Shown piece after piece: positions 8,688 to 18,559 of a stretch of DNA of 64,000 bases; position 1 is the first letter of the stretch; each line of letters begins with the position of its first letter. Source of the DNA: Planctomycetota bacterium (GTDB lineage: Bacteria > Planctomycetota > B15-G4 > SIAN01); contig JANNXA010000027.1 of NCBI GenBank assembly GCA_031409275.1, forward strand, positions 32,001 to 96,000, read 5' to 3'. Position numbers and translations under genes: made by a program. The notes under the pieces are model-generated. The model was not told the DNA's origin and ran no database searches. It saw only the letters and a list, made by a program, of their open reading frames with translations.

Positions 8688-11600
8688 TCAGCTCGACTCG
8701 TCGGTGGGCGCCAGCGCTTCCTGCGCCGACTTCCACCACGCGCGCCAGCGGGCGACCGCCTCCTTGCGCAGCCGCTCAGCGGCGTTGGCGTCGAACGCCT
8801 GGCTGCGTCCGGCGAGTGCGACCAGGAGCTCGTCGGCCCACGCGCGCGCCTGCGCCTCTTCCAGTTCGAGGCAGACCAGCAGCAGCGGCACCAAGGCGCG
8901 GCGACCGTTCTCGCGCAGCGCGGCGAGGACGGCGGCGTAGCGCTCCGGCTCGCTCGCCTTCGCCGCGGCGATCCGTGCCGGCAGCGCATGGGCATCGAGG
9001 AGGCGCAGCCCTTCGCGAACATCCGCCCGTCGCGCCGGCTCGGTGGAGAGGAAGCCCGCCTCGTCGAGCAGCATGTCGATGGCGCTGCGGTTCGACAGCG
9101 CGCGCATCGCCCGGGCGATCTCCTCCTTCACGCCGCCGTCCGGCTCGATCGTCTGGCGCGCGATCAGTGGAGCGAGAGCGGCGATGCTGCCGAGCTGGCC
9201 GAGCGTGCGTGCGGCGAAGCGGCGCACGTGGACGCGCTCGTCGGCGAGGCGGTGGGCGAGATCGGGGATGCAATCGGGGTGAGCCGCGCGGCCGACGGCA
9301 CGGAAGAGGCGCTCCTGCACCGTGGCATCCGGTTCGTCGAGCAGGCCGAGCAGGTCGGTGAGGATCGACGAGGTGGCCACGTGGGCGAGGACCTCTGCGG
9401 CGTCCTGACGCGCGACGAGGTCGCCGCTGCTCCGGAGCAGCTGCATCAGCGGCGCCTGCGCGGAGGTGCCGAGCTCCTCTTCGATGCGGCGCATCGCCAC
9501 CGCGCGCTCGACTTCGCTGCCACCACCGCCGAACTTGGCGAGGAGCGGCTTGGCGAGGTCCGCGAGCGAGCCGGTGACCGAGAGACTGCGCACGTCGGGG
9601 AACTTGTCGTAGCGGTAGTTGACCTCGAGCATCAACGCGCTCATCGCGGTCGCGTAGACGCGGCCGCCGTACTCCTGGTGGGCTCCTTGCGAGTCGAATG
9701 AGCCGCGCTTGCAGCCCTCGTTCTGCTTGTGGATCCGCTGCAGCAACGCCGGCACCAGCGCGTCGTTCCAGCGCTGCCACGAGTCGCCTCCGATCTGGAA
9801 GAGCGCCAACGTCGCGTAGTAGGCGAAGTAGAGGTCGGTGTACTCGGCGCGTGGCAGCTGCCGCAGGCACCACTCCTTGCCGACGGTGAGAGCGGGGTGG
9901 TTGCTCGGTGTGCCCAGCGCCTGGCGGCAGACCATGCCGACGGCGGTGAGGCGCGGCTCCTGCGTCGCGAAGTCGAGCGGCTGCTGGTAGCCGACCCGGT
10001 AGTAGGCCGGTTCCGTGACGCGCTCGATCCACTCGCGCGCCCCGCGGAAGCCGGCGACCTTGAGGCGGGCGTCGTGCGCAGCGACCAGCGCGAGCACCAC
10101 CCAGCCGGTGACCGAGGTGTCGGCGTCGGTGCGCGCCTCGTAGCGCCAGCCGCCGAGGTCGGGATGCTGCGCGAAGATGAGGAAGTCGACGGCGCGCTGC
10201 GCGGCCTGCTTCAGGAACGGGTCGCCGCTGGTGCCGTAGCCCTCGGCCAGCGCCTGCGTGGCGAGCGCGTGCTGGTACATGTACCAGCCGCTGGTCGTGG
10301 TGAACTTGCCGTGGTCCTGCAGTCGCGAGACCAGGAAGTCGAGCCCTCGTTTCACTGCGTCCTGGTGCGGACCGAGTTCGATGGTGCTGCCGCCATGGAT
10401 CAACGCCAGCAGCGACATGCCGGTCAACCCGACGTCGAAGTCGTAGGCGCCGGCGCCGCTGCACGCTTCGCCGCGGCAACGGGTCGCGAAGCCCTGCGCG
10501 CCGAAGCTCCCGTTGGCGGATTGATGGCGGACGAGCCAGTCGAGCGCCTGGGCGACGGCCGCCTCGGTCTGGCGACTGCCCCCCAGCCGTCGCGCCAGTG
10601 CGAAGCGCTCCTCGGGCGAGAAGACCTTGATCGGCGCATCTGGCGACTGGCGCTTCTTGCCGCTGGCGAGCGGAGAGGCGGCGTCGAACGCCTCGATCTC
10701 TTCTGGCTTCGTTTCGAGGCGCGGGGTGAACTCCTCGCGCGCCCCTTTCCACCAGTCGCGCCACCGCTTGACGGCTGCCGCGCGCGCGGGCGACTCGAGG
10801 TTGGCGCCAAAGCCGAAGCTCTTCGCGGTGACGTGCAGCAGCGCGAGGTTCGCCTCGCCGCGCACCACGCTCGAGGAATCCTCGAGCAACTCCAGCAGCG
10901 TTTCGACGGCAAGGTCGCTCGCCTGCGGGATCCCCTCCGTGACCGCCGAAACCGCCAACGCGCGCGCGAGCCGCGTCGCGTAGCCGCGCTTCTCGGCGGC
11001 GACGTCGGTGCGTGCCGTCGTGAGCGCGCGACTGATGGCCGGCAACGCCTTGCTGCCGAGCTCGAGCAACGCTTCGAGTTCGTCGCGGCAAGTGTCGTGC
11101 TTCGTGCGTGCCAGCTTCGCCAGCGCGGTCTCGATCGCCTGCTGCTGCTCGAACGTCAACGTCGGGAACCAGCGGCGCCACCCCCAATCGGTGCCGGCGA
11201 AGTTCTGCGTCCAGAGTCCGTGCGTCGTGTCCGCACCGACACCGAGGTGCGGCCCTGCCGAGACCATGCCGCGATGGTGGCCGGGGCTGTGGTACCACGC
11301 TTCGAACGCGCCGCGTCCGCCGCCTCCGCCCGCGTAGCAGTTCTCGCCGGCGCCGCCGCCGTAGCCGGCGACGCGCACCCGATCGGAGGGGGTGCGCAGC
11401 TTGTCGGTCGGTGAATCGTGGCCGAAGTATTGGAGGTCCTTCATCTCCTGCGAGTGGCCGCGCGCTGCGACCACGAGGCGCTCGTCGAGTTCGAAGGGGG
11501 CGAGCAGCAGCGTGCGGCGGTACTCGTTGGTCGCGACGTAGTTGGCGTACTCCTCCGGATCGGCGCTCGTCAGCGCGCGCGCGTTGTAGAGGTCGAGCGC

Positions 11601-12983
11601 GTCCCACTCGAAGTCGCGCAGCACGATCCGCTCCCACGGCGAGAGGTCGGCGCGCAGCAGTTCTTCGGCGCGCTGCAGGAACGACAGCACGCGGCCCGCT
11701 TTCCAGTGAACCAGCGCGAAGAGCACCTCTTCGAGGCCGGCGCCCGTGCGTCCGGGCAGCACGTGCACCTTCGCGCCTTGCGGCGAGACGGCAGGGAACG
11801 GATCGGCCACCTCGCCGTGCCAGGCGCGCCGGTAGTCGAGCAGTGCCGCCAGCGCCGGTTCGAGCCGCTCGAAGCGAGCGAGCAGCGCCTCGGCGGCGCG
11901 CGGATCGAGGCGCGCGAAGGCGATCTCGTCGTTCTTTCGCAGCTGGGCGTAGAGCTTCGCCTTCTCGGCCAGCTGCTTCCTGAACTCGTCGACCTGCGGC
12001 TGTTGCGGCTTGTCGTACTTGGAGATCAGGTCGAGCGCTGCGGTCGCGATCGGCTGCCAGGCGTCGATCTGGAACAGTCGCTGGCGACGCAGGCTGCTGC
12101 TTTGCCGGTAGGACTGGAGCCAATCGCGCGGCTCCTCGTAGAGCTGCGCGAGCTCGACGACGACGCGGTCGGTCGCCGTCGCGAGGCGCGGTGCGAAGGC
12201 GTCGATGGCACCCGCGGGCGCCGCGATCACCTCGTCGAGCCGCAGCGGAGCGCCGTCGGCGAGCGCCTGTTCGAGGCGCACCGCCAACGCTTCGAGCGCG
12301 CGCCGACGATTGACTTCGGCGGCCGGCAGGAAGGCGGTGCGATGCCATTCGTAGCCACCGTTGGGAGTCGCTTCGCCGCGCTCCTTCGCCAGCAGCGCGT
12401 CGATCCGCTCCTTCTGCGCCGGGTCGGCCATGAGCGCGACGTGGAGCTGCTCGATGGCGGCGGGGTCGAGGTCGCGCCAGAACGCGAAGCGCGCCAGCTC
12501 GACGCGTTCGCCGGGTGCGAGCGGCAGGGTGACGAGGAACGGGAACGTGAGCGATGGCGGGAAGCTCGCCCACGGTTTCTTCGCGACGACGCCTTCGCGC
12601 GTGAGCGTGACGCCGTCGAGGTCGGCGCCGCTCACCACCAGGTCACCGTCGGGCCATCGCAGCGGCTGACCCTGGTGGGCGGCGTCCTCGATGCGTGCGA
12701 CGAGCTGCGAGAAGAGGCTCGCCTCGGCGAGGAAGTCGGCGGCATCGCTCGCCAGCTGGCGCGCGAGCGCTTCATCGGTGATCCGCGCGACGAGTGTCGC
12801 GAGCTCCGCCTTCGCCGGCGCGAAGGCCAGCGCACGCCGCGCCTCCTGCAGACGGAGCTGCAGCGCCGCGGTCTCTTCGGGGGTGACGGGTGCCGTGGCG
12901 GCGACCGGCGCTGCGACCGGCGGCGCGGGGGCCGCTGCCTCCTGAATCGCCAGGACGACGAGGCTGAAGATCAGTTCGAACAT
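8688..12983 (-). CDS. Large exported multidomain protein: CAP/SCP domain + prenyltransferase/squalene-cyclase repeats + HEAT repeats
   Basis: N-terminal signal-like stretch. CAP motifs: AARGHSQEM..YFGH..GEN..WYHSPGHHRGM. Prenyltransferase repeats: ALDWLVRHQSANGSF, GGWRYE..DTSVTGW, GGRVYATAM. C-terminal HEAT repeats (VRRFAARTLGQLG). Confidence 0.8.
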   Translation of the reverse strand: MFELIFSLVVLAIQEAAAPAPPVAAPVAATAPVTPEETAALQLRLQEARRALAFAPAKAELATLVARITDEALARQLASDAADFLAEASLFSQLVARIEDAAHQGQPLRWPDGDLVVSGADLDGVTLTREGVVAKKPWASFPPSLTFPFLVTLPLAPGERVELARFAFWRDLDPAAIEQLHVALMADPAQKERIDALLAKERGEATPNGGYEWHRTAFLPAAEVNRRRALEALAVRLEQALADGAPLRLDEVIAAPAGAIDAFAPRLATATDRVVVELAQLYEEPRDWLQSYRQSSSLRRQRLFQIDAWQPIATAALDLISKYDKPQQPQVDEFRKQLAEKAKLYAQLRKNDEIAFARLDPRAAEALLARFERLEPALAALLDYRRAWHGEVADPFPAVSPQGAKVHVLPGRTGAGLEEVLFALVHWKAGRVLSFLQRAEELLRADLSPWERIVLRDFEWDALDLYNARALTSADPEEYANYVATNEYRRTLLLAPFELDERLVVAARGHSQEMKDLQYFGHDSPTDKLRTPSDRVRVAGYGGGAGENCYAGGGGGRGAFEAWYHSPGHHRGMVSAGPHLGVGADTTHGLWTQNFAGTDWGWRRWFPTLTFEQQQAIETALAKLARTKHDTCRDELEALLELGSKALPAISRALTTARTDVAAEKRGYATRLARALAVSAVTEGIPQASDLAVETLLELLEDSSSVVRGEANLALLHVTAKSFGFGANLESPARAAAVKRWRDWWKGAREEFTPRLETKPEEIEAFDAASPLASGKKRQSPDAPIKVFSPEERFALARRLGGSRQTEAAVAQALDWLVRHQSANGSFGAQGFATRCRGEACSGAGAYDFDVGLTGMSLLALIHGGSTIELGPHQDAVKRGLDFLVSRLQDHGKFTTTSGWYMYQHALATQALAEGYGTSGDPFLKQAAQRAVDFLIFAQHPDLGGWRYEARTDADTSVTGWVVLALVAAHDARLKVAGFRGAREWIERVTEPAYYRVGYQQPLDFATQEPRLTAVGMVCRQALGTPSNHPALTVGKEWCLRQLPRAEYTDLYFAYYATLALFQIGGDSWQRWNDALVPALLQRIHKQNEGCKRGSFDSQGAHQEYGGRVYATAMSALMLEVNYRYDKFPDVRSLSVTGSLADLAKPLLAKFGGGGSEVERAVAMRRIEEELGTSAQAPLMQLLRSSGDLVARQDAAEVLAHVATSSILTDLLGLLDEPDATVQERLFRAVGRAAHPDCIPDLAHRLADERVHVRRFAARTLGQLGSIAALAPLIARQTIEPDGGVKEEIARAMRALSNRSAIDMLLDEAGFLSTEPARRADVREGLRLLDAHALPARIAAAKASEPERYAAVLAALRENGRRALVPLLLVCLELEEAQARAWADELLVALAGRSQAFDANAAERLRKEAVARWRAWWKSAQEALAPTDESS

Positions 12984-13279
12984 GGGCCCTGAGTTAGCGC
13001 ATTTCCTTCGTTTCGTCACGCGCGCGACGCCATCGACCCGCGCATCGGCGATCGCGGGCTAGCCCGGCTTGTTCATGATCCCCGTCGCGAGACGACGGGA
13101 TGTCGGCGCTGGACGAGGAGGGGACGTGCGACTTCGACGATGCGGGTTTGCTGACCCGCTGAGGAAGAAGCGCGCGTTCTCGACGAAGTACGGAGTCGGC
13201 AGACCGAGCCGCAGCAGGGGTTTCATGAAAAAGACGGGCTAGAGTCTTTGCCCGTTCTGAACTCGGTGGGGCGCGCGAC

Positions 13280-16200
13280 GTGAAACGAGACTGGCCGTTG
13301 TTGCTGGCGTTGACCATGACCGGGCTGGCCGCGTTGGCGCTCGAGGTGCTGTGGTCGCGAGCGATGATCCCGTGGGTCGGCGGCACCGCGTTGTCGCAGA
13401 TCACCACCGTCGGGATCTACATGGCCGGCCTCTTCGTCGGCTCGGCCTGCGCGGTGCCCCGCCTGGCCAAGGTCGCCGATCCGCGGGCGACCTTCTTCCG
13501 GACCGAGCTGGCCGCCGCGCTGCTGTCGCTGCTCGCGGTGCTGTGCATGCCGCTCGCCGACCCGCTCTTCGCCCTCTTCTCGCGCGGCGAGCTGCTCGGC
13601 AGCGCGACCGGTTCGGTGCTGCGCGGGCTGGTGGGCGCCGGGTTGATGATCCCGGCCACCATCTTGATGGGCTACTCGTTCCCGCTCGCCATCGCCGCCT
13701 TCGAGAAGAGCCAGGGCGGTCGCGGCAATGCGGCGCTCGCCTATGGCGTGAACACGGTGGGCGCGACGCTCGGCACGTTGATCGGCGGCTTCCTGCTGGT
13801 GCCCAAGCTCGGCGTCGTGAACGGCGCGCTCGCCGTCGTGATCGCCGATGTCGTCGCGCTGGTGGTGTTGATGCGCCTGCCGCCGCCACCACCGGTCGAC
13901 GAGCGACTCGCGCGGCGCGACGATCCGCAGCGCCGCGAAGCGATGCCGGCGAGATCGGGCGCGGCCGGGCCCGCTCCCGCTGCGGCGACCAACGATTGGC
14001 CGATGCTGCTCTCGATCTTCATCGGCGGCATGGTGTCGCTCGGATTGCAGGCCGTGCTGTTCCGCGTGCTCGGGTTGCTGCTCGGCCCCACGGCCCGCGC
14101 CTTCACCGTCGTGCTCGCGGTCTACGTGGGCGGGCTTGGTCTTGGGTCGCTGCTGGCCAAGCGCTTCGTCGAGCGCGGCACGCGCAGCGCGAGCGCGCTC
14201 TACCTCGCCTGCTGGTGGATCGTCGGCCTGTGGGGAATGCTGGTCCTGATGCGCGTCGAGGCGCTGACCGGGATCGTCTCCGATCGCCGCGGCGCGGGCA
14301 CCTTCTCGCTGTCCGATCAGCTCCAGCTGCGCGCGCTGATCGCCACCGTGGTCCTGCTGCCGATCACGGCGGCCTTCGGTGCGTCGTACTCGGCGGCCGT
14401 CGCTGCCGCACCCTCCGGCGATGCGCGCCGCGCGAGCCGCCTCTACGCGGCGCTCACGCTCGGCAACATCGTCGGGCTCGGGATCGTGGCGTGGGGCGTG
14501 CTCCCGAACTTCCGGCTCGATCGCGCGCTGCTGCTGGTGCTGGCCGTGGCGTTGGTGACACCGCTGCCGGCGCTGGTCCGATTGCCGCTCGCGCGCGCCA
14601 CGCGCGTCGCGGCCGCGGTGGCGGGCGTCGCGATGGCGCTCGCCGCGTGGCTCGCGCTGCCGGGTTGGCCGCTCAAGGTGATGCACACGGCGGCCTACAT
14701 CCCGGGCTATGCCGAAGGCGCGCCGCGCCAGACCAAGGAAGTGGTCCGCTTCCATCGCTCGGCGTTCGAGACCTCGGTCACCGTCGTGCAGGTGGGGGAG
14801 GACCGTTTCCTGCAGCTCGACGGCAAGACCACCGGATCGACCGACGTGGACGACCAGTCGACGCAAGGGCTGCTCGGCGCATTGCCGACGGCGCTCCATC
14901 CCGACCCCAAGCGCGCCTTCGTCATCGGACTCGGCACCGGCCACACGCCGGCGGAGGTGCTGCGGTACGCCGCAGTGGAGCACGTCGATTGCGCCGAGAT
15001 CAGCCCGGAAGTCGTCGACACCATGTCGCTGTTCGCCGCCGTGAACCGCCGCTGCGACCGCGATCCGCGCTTCCGGATGCTCGAAGCGGATGGCCGGACG
15101 GTCCTGCGTTACGGCGGTGATCGCTACGACCTCGTCATCTCCGAGCCGAGCAACGTCTGGATCCCGGGAGTCGCCCACCTCTTCACGCTCGAGTCGTTCA
15201 GCGACGTGCGTGGCTGCCTCGATCCCGAGGACGGCCTGTGCCTGCAGTGGGTGCAGGGCTACGGCATGCAGATCGACACGCTGCGCACCATCGTGCGCAC
15301 CTTCCTGACCGTCTTCCCGCACGCGTCGCTGTGGTTCTCGTCGTTCGGGCAGCCCGACATCTTCCTGCTCGGGTCGATGGCGCCCTTCGCGATCGACTTC
15401 GACGCGCTCGAGAAGCGGTTGGCGGCGGCGCAGGTGCCCGACGCCATCGCGGGCGGCCGACCGCTCGACGCGATCGAGCTGCTGCGCCATTTCGTGGCCG
15501 GCCCGGCGACCTTGCGCGCGTTCGCCGGCGATGGCCCGCTCACGACCGATGCGCGGCCGAGTCTCGAGTACGCAGCGGAAGAGGCGCTGATGGGCAACGG
15601 CGAATCGCCCGGCACCAACCTCATCGCGAACCTCGCCAAGCCGCCCTTCGAGCTGCTCGCCGACGGCGGCGCGTCGTTGCCGGCGGCGACGCGGGCGACG
15701 ATCGAGCGGCGCGCGGCGGCCAATCGCGAGATCGTGCTGCGTCTCGCCGACACCTCGCGGGCTGCGGCGTTGCTGTCGTCGCGCGGGCTTGCCGAGTGCG
15801 AGGCGCTGCTGGCCCGTTTCCCCGACGATCGTGCGGCGCGCTACGCGATGGTCGGGGCGCTGATGTACGGCTTGTCGCTGCAGTTGCAGCAGGGCGAGAG
15901 CGCGGAGCTGCTTGGCCTGATGAGCCGCGCGGCGAAGCTCGATCCGGACCATCCCGAGTCGCTCAAGTTCGAGGCGATCCGCCGGCTGCCGGAGCGCGAC
16001 GCCGCGCCGGTGCTCGCGTTGATGGACCGCCATGCGGCGGCGCTCGAGCCGTGGCGGCAGATGGCGCAAGTCGATCGCGCGCGCTGCCTCGTCCAGCTCG
16101 GCCAGATTCCGACCGCCATTGTGCAGCTCGAGGAAGTGGTGGCGCGCGACCCGTGGTTCATGTCGGCGTGGCGCGAGCTCGAGAACGCCGCGACGCAGGC

Positions 16201-16342
16201 CGGTCGTCTGGCGCTCGCCGCGAAGGCACGCGCCCGCCTCGACGAGCTCGGCGACGAAGGCCGCAGCCGAGCCAGCCAGGAACGGTTGGAGGCGGAGATG
16301 GCGGAACTCGCGGCCGCGGAGTCCCATCCAGCCGAGCGTTGA
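13280..16342 (+). CDS. Fused MFS-like membrane domain / spermidine synthase-like methyltransferase with C-terminal TPR-like region
   Basis: GLAALALEVLWSR, YGVNTVGATLG, LQLDGK, VIGLGTGHT, DCAEISPEV, DGRTVL..YDLVISEPSN.W..GVAHLFT.E. GTG start. Confidence 0.85.
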   Translation: MKRDWPLLLALTMTGLAALALEVLWSRAMIPWVGGTALSQITTVGIYMAGLFVGSACAVPRLAKVADPRATFFRTELAAALLSLLAVLCMPLADPLFALFSRGELLGSATGSVLRGLVGAGLMIPATILMGYSFPLAIAAFEKSQGGRGNAALAYGVNTVGATLGTLIGGFLLVPKLGVVNGALAVVIADVVALVVLMRLPPPPPVDERLARRDDPQRREAMPARSGAAGPAPAAATNDWPMLLSIFIGGMVSLGLQAVLFRVLGLLLGPTARAFTVVLAVYVGGLGLGSLLAKRFVERGTRSASALYLACWWIVGLWGMLVLMRVEALTGIVSDRRGAGTFSLSDQLQLRALIATVVLLPITAAFGASYSAAVAAAPSGDARRASRLYAALTLGNIVGLGIVAWGVLPNFRLDRALLLVLAVALVTPLPALVRLPLARATRVAAAVAGVAMALAAWLALPGWPLKVMHTAAYIPGYAEGAPRQTKEVVRFHRSAFETSVTVVQVGEDRFLQLDGKTTGSTDVDDQSTQGLLGALPTALHPDPKRAFVIGLGTGHTPAEVLRYAAVEHVDCAEISPEVVDTMSLFAAVNRRCDRDPRFRMLEADGRTVLRYGGDRYDLVISEPSNVWIPGVAHLFTLESFSDVRGCLDPEDGLCLQWVQGYGMQIDTLRTIVRTFLTVFPHASLWFSSFGQPDIFLLGSMAPFAIDFDALEKRLAAAQVPDAIAGGRPLDAIELLRHFVAGPATLRAFAGDGPLTTDARPSLEYAAEEALMGNGESPGTNLIANLAKPPFELLADGGASLPAATRATIERRAAANREIVLRLADTSRAAALLSSRGLAECEALLARFPDDRAARYAMVGALMYGLSLQLQQGESAELLGLMSRAAKLDPDHPESLKFEAIRRLPERDAAPVLALMDRHAAALEPWRQMAQVDRARCLVQLGQIPTAIVQLEEVVARDPWFMSAWRELENAATQAGRLALAAKARARLDELGDEGRSRASQERLEAEMAELAAAESHPAER

Positions 16343-16401
16343 CTTGCGTAGCGACCGCTCCGATCGTTCGCCGCATCGACCTCCAGGAGAACTTGGGTTC
16401 C

Positions 16402-17394
16402 ATGACCGCCGAATCGATCGATGCTGCGAGCGACGCCCGGCGCGAGGCCGTGCGCGACGTCTACGCCCAGGCCGCGCTCGAGCCCGACACGAGCCTCTGC
16501 TGCGTCGATGGCGGCACGTGGACGCTGCCCGACCTCGTCTTCCCGCCGCGCATGCTGGAGATGAACTACGGCTGCGGCTCGACCGTGAACCCCTCCGATC
16601 TTTCCGGGACGCGGCCGATCCTCTACGTCGGCGTCGGCGGCGGCCTCGAGGCGCTGCAGTTCGCCTACTTCCGTCGCCAGCGCGGCGGCGTCATCGCCGT
16701 CGACCCGGTCGGCGAGATGCGCGCGGCCGCGCGCGCCAACCTGCTCGAAGCGGAACGGCTCAATCCGTGGTTCAAGAGCGAGTTCGTCGACGTGGTCGAT
16801 TGTCGCGCCGAGGAGCTGCCGGTCGCCGACCACACCGTCGACGTGGTGGCGCAGAACTGCCTCTTCAACGTCTTCGTCGACGGCGATCTCGCCAAGGCGC
16901 TCGCCGAGGTCGCGCGCGTGCTGCGCGTCGGCGGTCGTTTCTCCACCAGCGATCCCGTCACTCCGCGCCCGATCCCGCAGGCGCTTCGCGATGACCACAC
17001 GCTACGGGCGCGCTGCGTGTCCGGCTGCGTGCTCTACGACGAATACCTCGCGGCGATCCATGCCGCCGGCTTCCAGCAGATCGTGGTGCGGGCGCGGCGG
17101 CCGTATCGACTCCTGACGCCGGCCGAGTTCCCCGCGCTGCGCGAGGAGCTGCTGCTCGAGAGCCTTGAAGTGCTGGCCATCAAGGGGCCGCGCCTCGAGG
17201 CGAAGCCCGACCTCTACACCGGTCGCTGCGCCACCTTCGTCGGCGCGGGCACCTGGTATCGCGACGACAAGTTCCCGTTCCCATCCGGGACGCCGATGCA
17301 GGTCTCCGATCGAGTCGCGCTCGAGCTCGGCGCGCGCGCCGACTTCCGCGTCACTCCGCCGACGTTCCACGCGCGCGGGCCGGGGTGCTGCTGA
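16402..17394 (+). CDS. arsM: Arsenite S-adenosylmethionine methyltransferase (arsenosugar-cluster type ArsM)
   Basis: VY..AA..P...LCC, MNYGCGSTV, LYVGVGGGLEALQFAYF, AQNCLFN, RCVSG and a C-terminal GCC. ATG 16402 within ORF 15238..17394. Confidence 0.8.
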   Translation: MTAESIDAASDARREAVRDVYAQAALEPDTSLCCVDGGTWTLPDLVFPPRMLEMNYGCGSTVNPSDLSGTRPILYVGVGGGLEALQFAYFRRQRGGVIAVDPVGEMRAAARANLLEAERLNPWFKSEFVDVVDCRAEELPVADHTVDVVAQNCLFNVFVDGDLAKALAEVARVLRVGGRFSTSDPVTPRPIPQALRDDHTLRARCVSGCVLYDEYLAAIHAAGFQQIVVRARRPYRLLTPAEFPALREELLLESLEVLAIKGPRLEAKPDLYTGRCATFVGAGTWYRDDKFPFPSGTPMQVSDRVALELGARADFRVTPPTFHARGPGCC

Positions 17395-18509
17395 TGGCCG
17401 GCGACCCGAAGCGAGTGCGTTTTCACGTCATCGGCGGCTTCCTCGGCGCCGGCAAGACGACCGCGCTGCTGCGCCTCGCCGCGGAGTTCCAGGCGCAGGG
17501 GCTGAAGGTCGGCCTCATCACCAACGACCAGGCCGCGAACCTCGTCGACACGGGGGCGGCGCGCGCGGGGGGCTTTCGCGTCGAGGAGGTCGCCGGCGCC
17601 TGCTTCTGCTGCAAGTTCGATGACCTCGCGCGCCTTGCCGAGAAGCTGCGTGTCGAAGATCGCCCCGACGTGCTGATCGGCGAGCCGGTCGGCAGCTGCA
17701 CCGATCTCGCGGCGACCGTCGTGAAGCCGTTGCAGCGCCTCTACGGCGACCGCTACTCGCTCGCGCCCTACTCGGTCCTCGTCGATCCGACGCGCGCGCG
17801 GCAGATCGTGCTCGATCGCGGATTCGGCGGCTTTTCCGCCAAGGTGGCGTACGTCTTCCAGAAGCAGCTCGAGGAGGCCGACCTGATCGGCCTCAACAAG
17901 ATCGACCTGCTCACGGCTGCGCAGCGCGACGAACTGCAGGGCGCGCTCGCTCGCGAGTTCCCGAAGGCGCGCGTGCTGCCGCTTTCCGGCCTCACCGGCG
18001 CCGGCTTCGCGGAGTGGCGCGCTGCGCTCGCCGAGCCGGTCGCGTCCGGCGGCAACGCGGCCGAAGTCGACTACGACCTCTACGCGGAAGGCGAAGCGGA
18101 ACTCGGTTGGTTGAACCTCGCGTTCGATCTCGCGGCCGCGCGGCCGTTCGCGGCCGAGGTCCTGGTGCGCGATGCCGTGACCGCGTTGCAGCGGGATCTG
18201 CAGGGCCGCGGCGAAGTCGCGCACGCGAAGGTGCTGTTCGAATCGAACGGCGCGACGGTGATCGCCAACCACGTGGGCGGCGGGACGAGCGTGCGCGTGT
18301 CGCGGCCAGGTGCCTTGCTGGCGAGCACGGGGCGATTGGTGGTGAACGCTCGTGTCCACCTTGCGCCCGAGCTCCTGCGCGCCGCAGCGGACCGCGCGCT
18401 CGCCGAGGTCCTCGCGGCGCACGGTGCCGTCGCCACCTTGATCGAGGCCGCGCAATTTCGGCCGGGGCGGCCGGTTCCGACCCACCGCGACCTGCCGGTC
18501 GAGGGATGA
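17394..18509 (+). CDS. CobW/HypB/UreG-family (G3E) GTP-binding metallochaperone
   Basis: GGFLGAGKTT, LITNDQ, GACFCCKF, EPVGSCTD, LNKIDL. ATG overlaps the arsM stop (TGATG). Confidence 0.88.
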   Translation: MAGDPKRVRFHVIGGFLGAGKTTALLRLAAEFQAQGLKVGLITNDQAANLVDTGAARAGGFRVEEVAGACFCCKFDDLARLAEKLRVEDRPDVLIGEPVGSCTDLAATVVKPLQRLYGDRYSLAPYSVLVDPTRARQIVLDRGFGGFSAKVAYVFQKQLEEADLIGLNKIDLLTAAQRDELQGALAREFPKARVLPLSGLTGAGFAEWRAALAEPVASGGNAAEVDYDLYAEGEAELGWLNLAFDLAAARPFAAEVLVRDAVTALQRDLQGRGEVAHAKVLFESNGATVIANHVGGGTSVRVSRPGALLASTGRLVVNARVHLAPELLRAAADRALAEVLAAHGAVATLIEAAQFRPGRPVPTHRDLPVEG

Positions 18510-18559
18510 CTCCGTAGAGTCGCGCGCGAGGCCAGCCCCGAGTTCGGGAGTCGACGCGC

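Noticed and set aside
13131..13189. Hammerhead ribozyme (CTGAGGA after a stem)
   Set aside because: There is no GAAA after stem II and no NUH cleavage triplet in the right position. Kept only as a generic structured candidate.
13059..13226. 55-codon minus-strand ORF (MKPLLRLG...) in the divergent intergenic region
   Set aside because: No recognisable motif or SD, and atypical codon usage.
8776..16327. Very long alternative-frame ORFs (e.g. 8776..12573, 13223..16327) and similar ones throughout the window
   Set aside because: Arg/Ala/Pro-rich translations with no motifs, overlapping well-supported genes; expected at this GC content.
17392..17394. arsM terminal TGA after Cys-Cys as selenocysteine
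   Set aside because: This ArsM type normally ends in GCC, and the TGA overlaps the next ATG, which is ordinary translational coupling.
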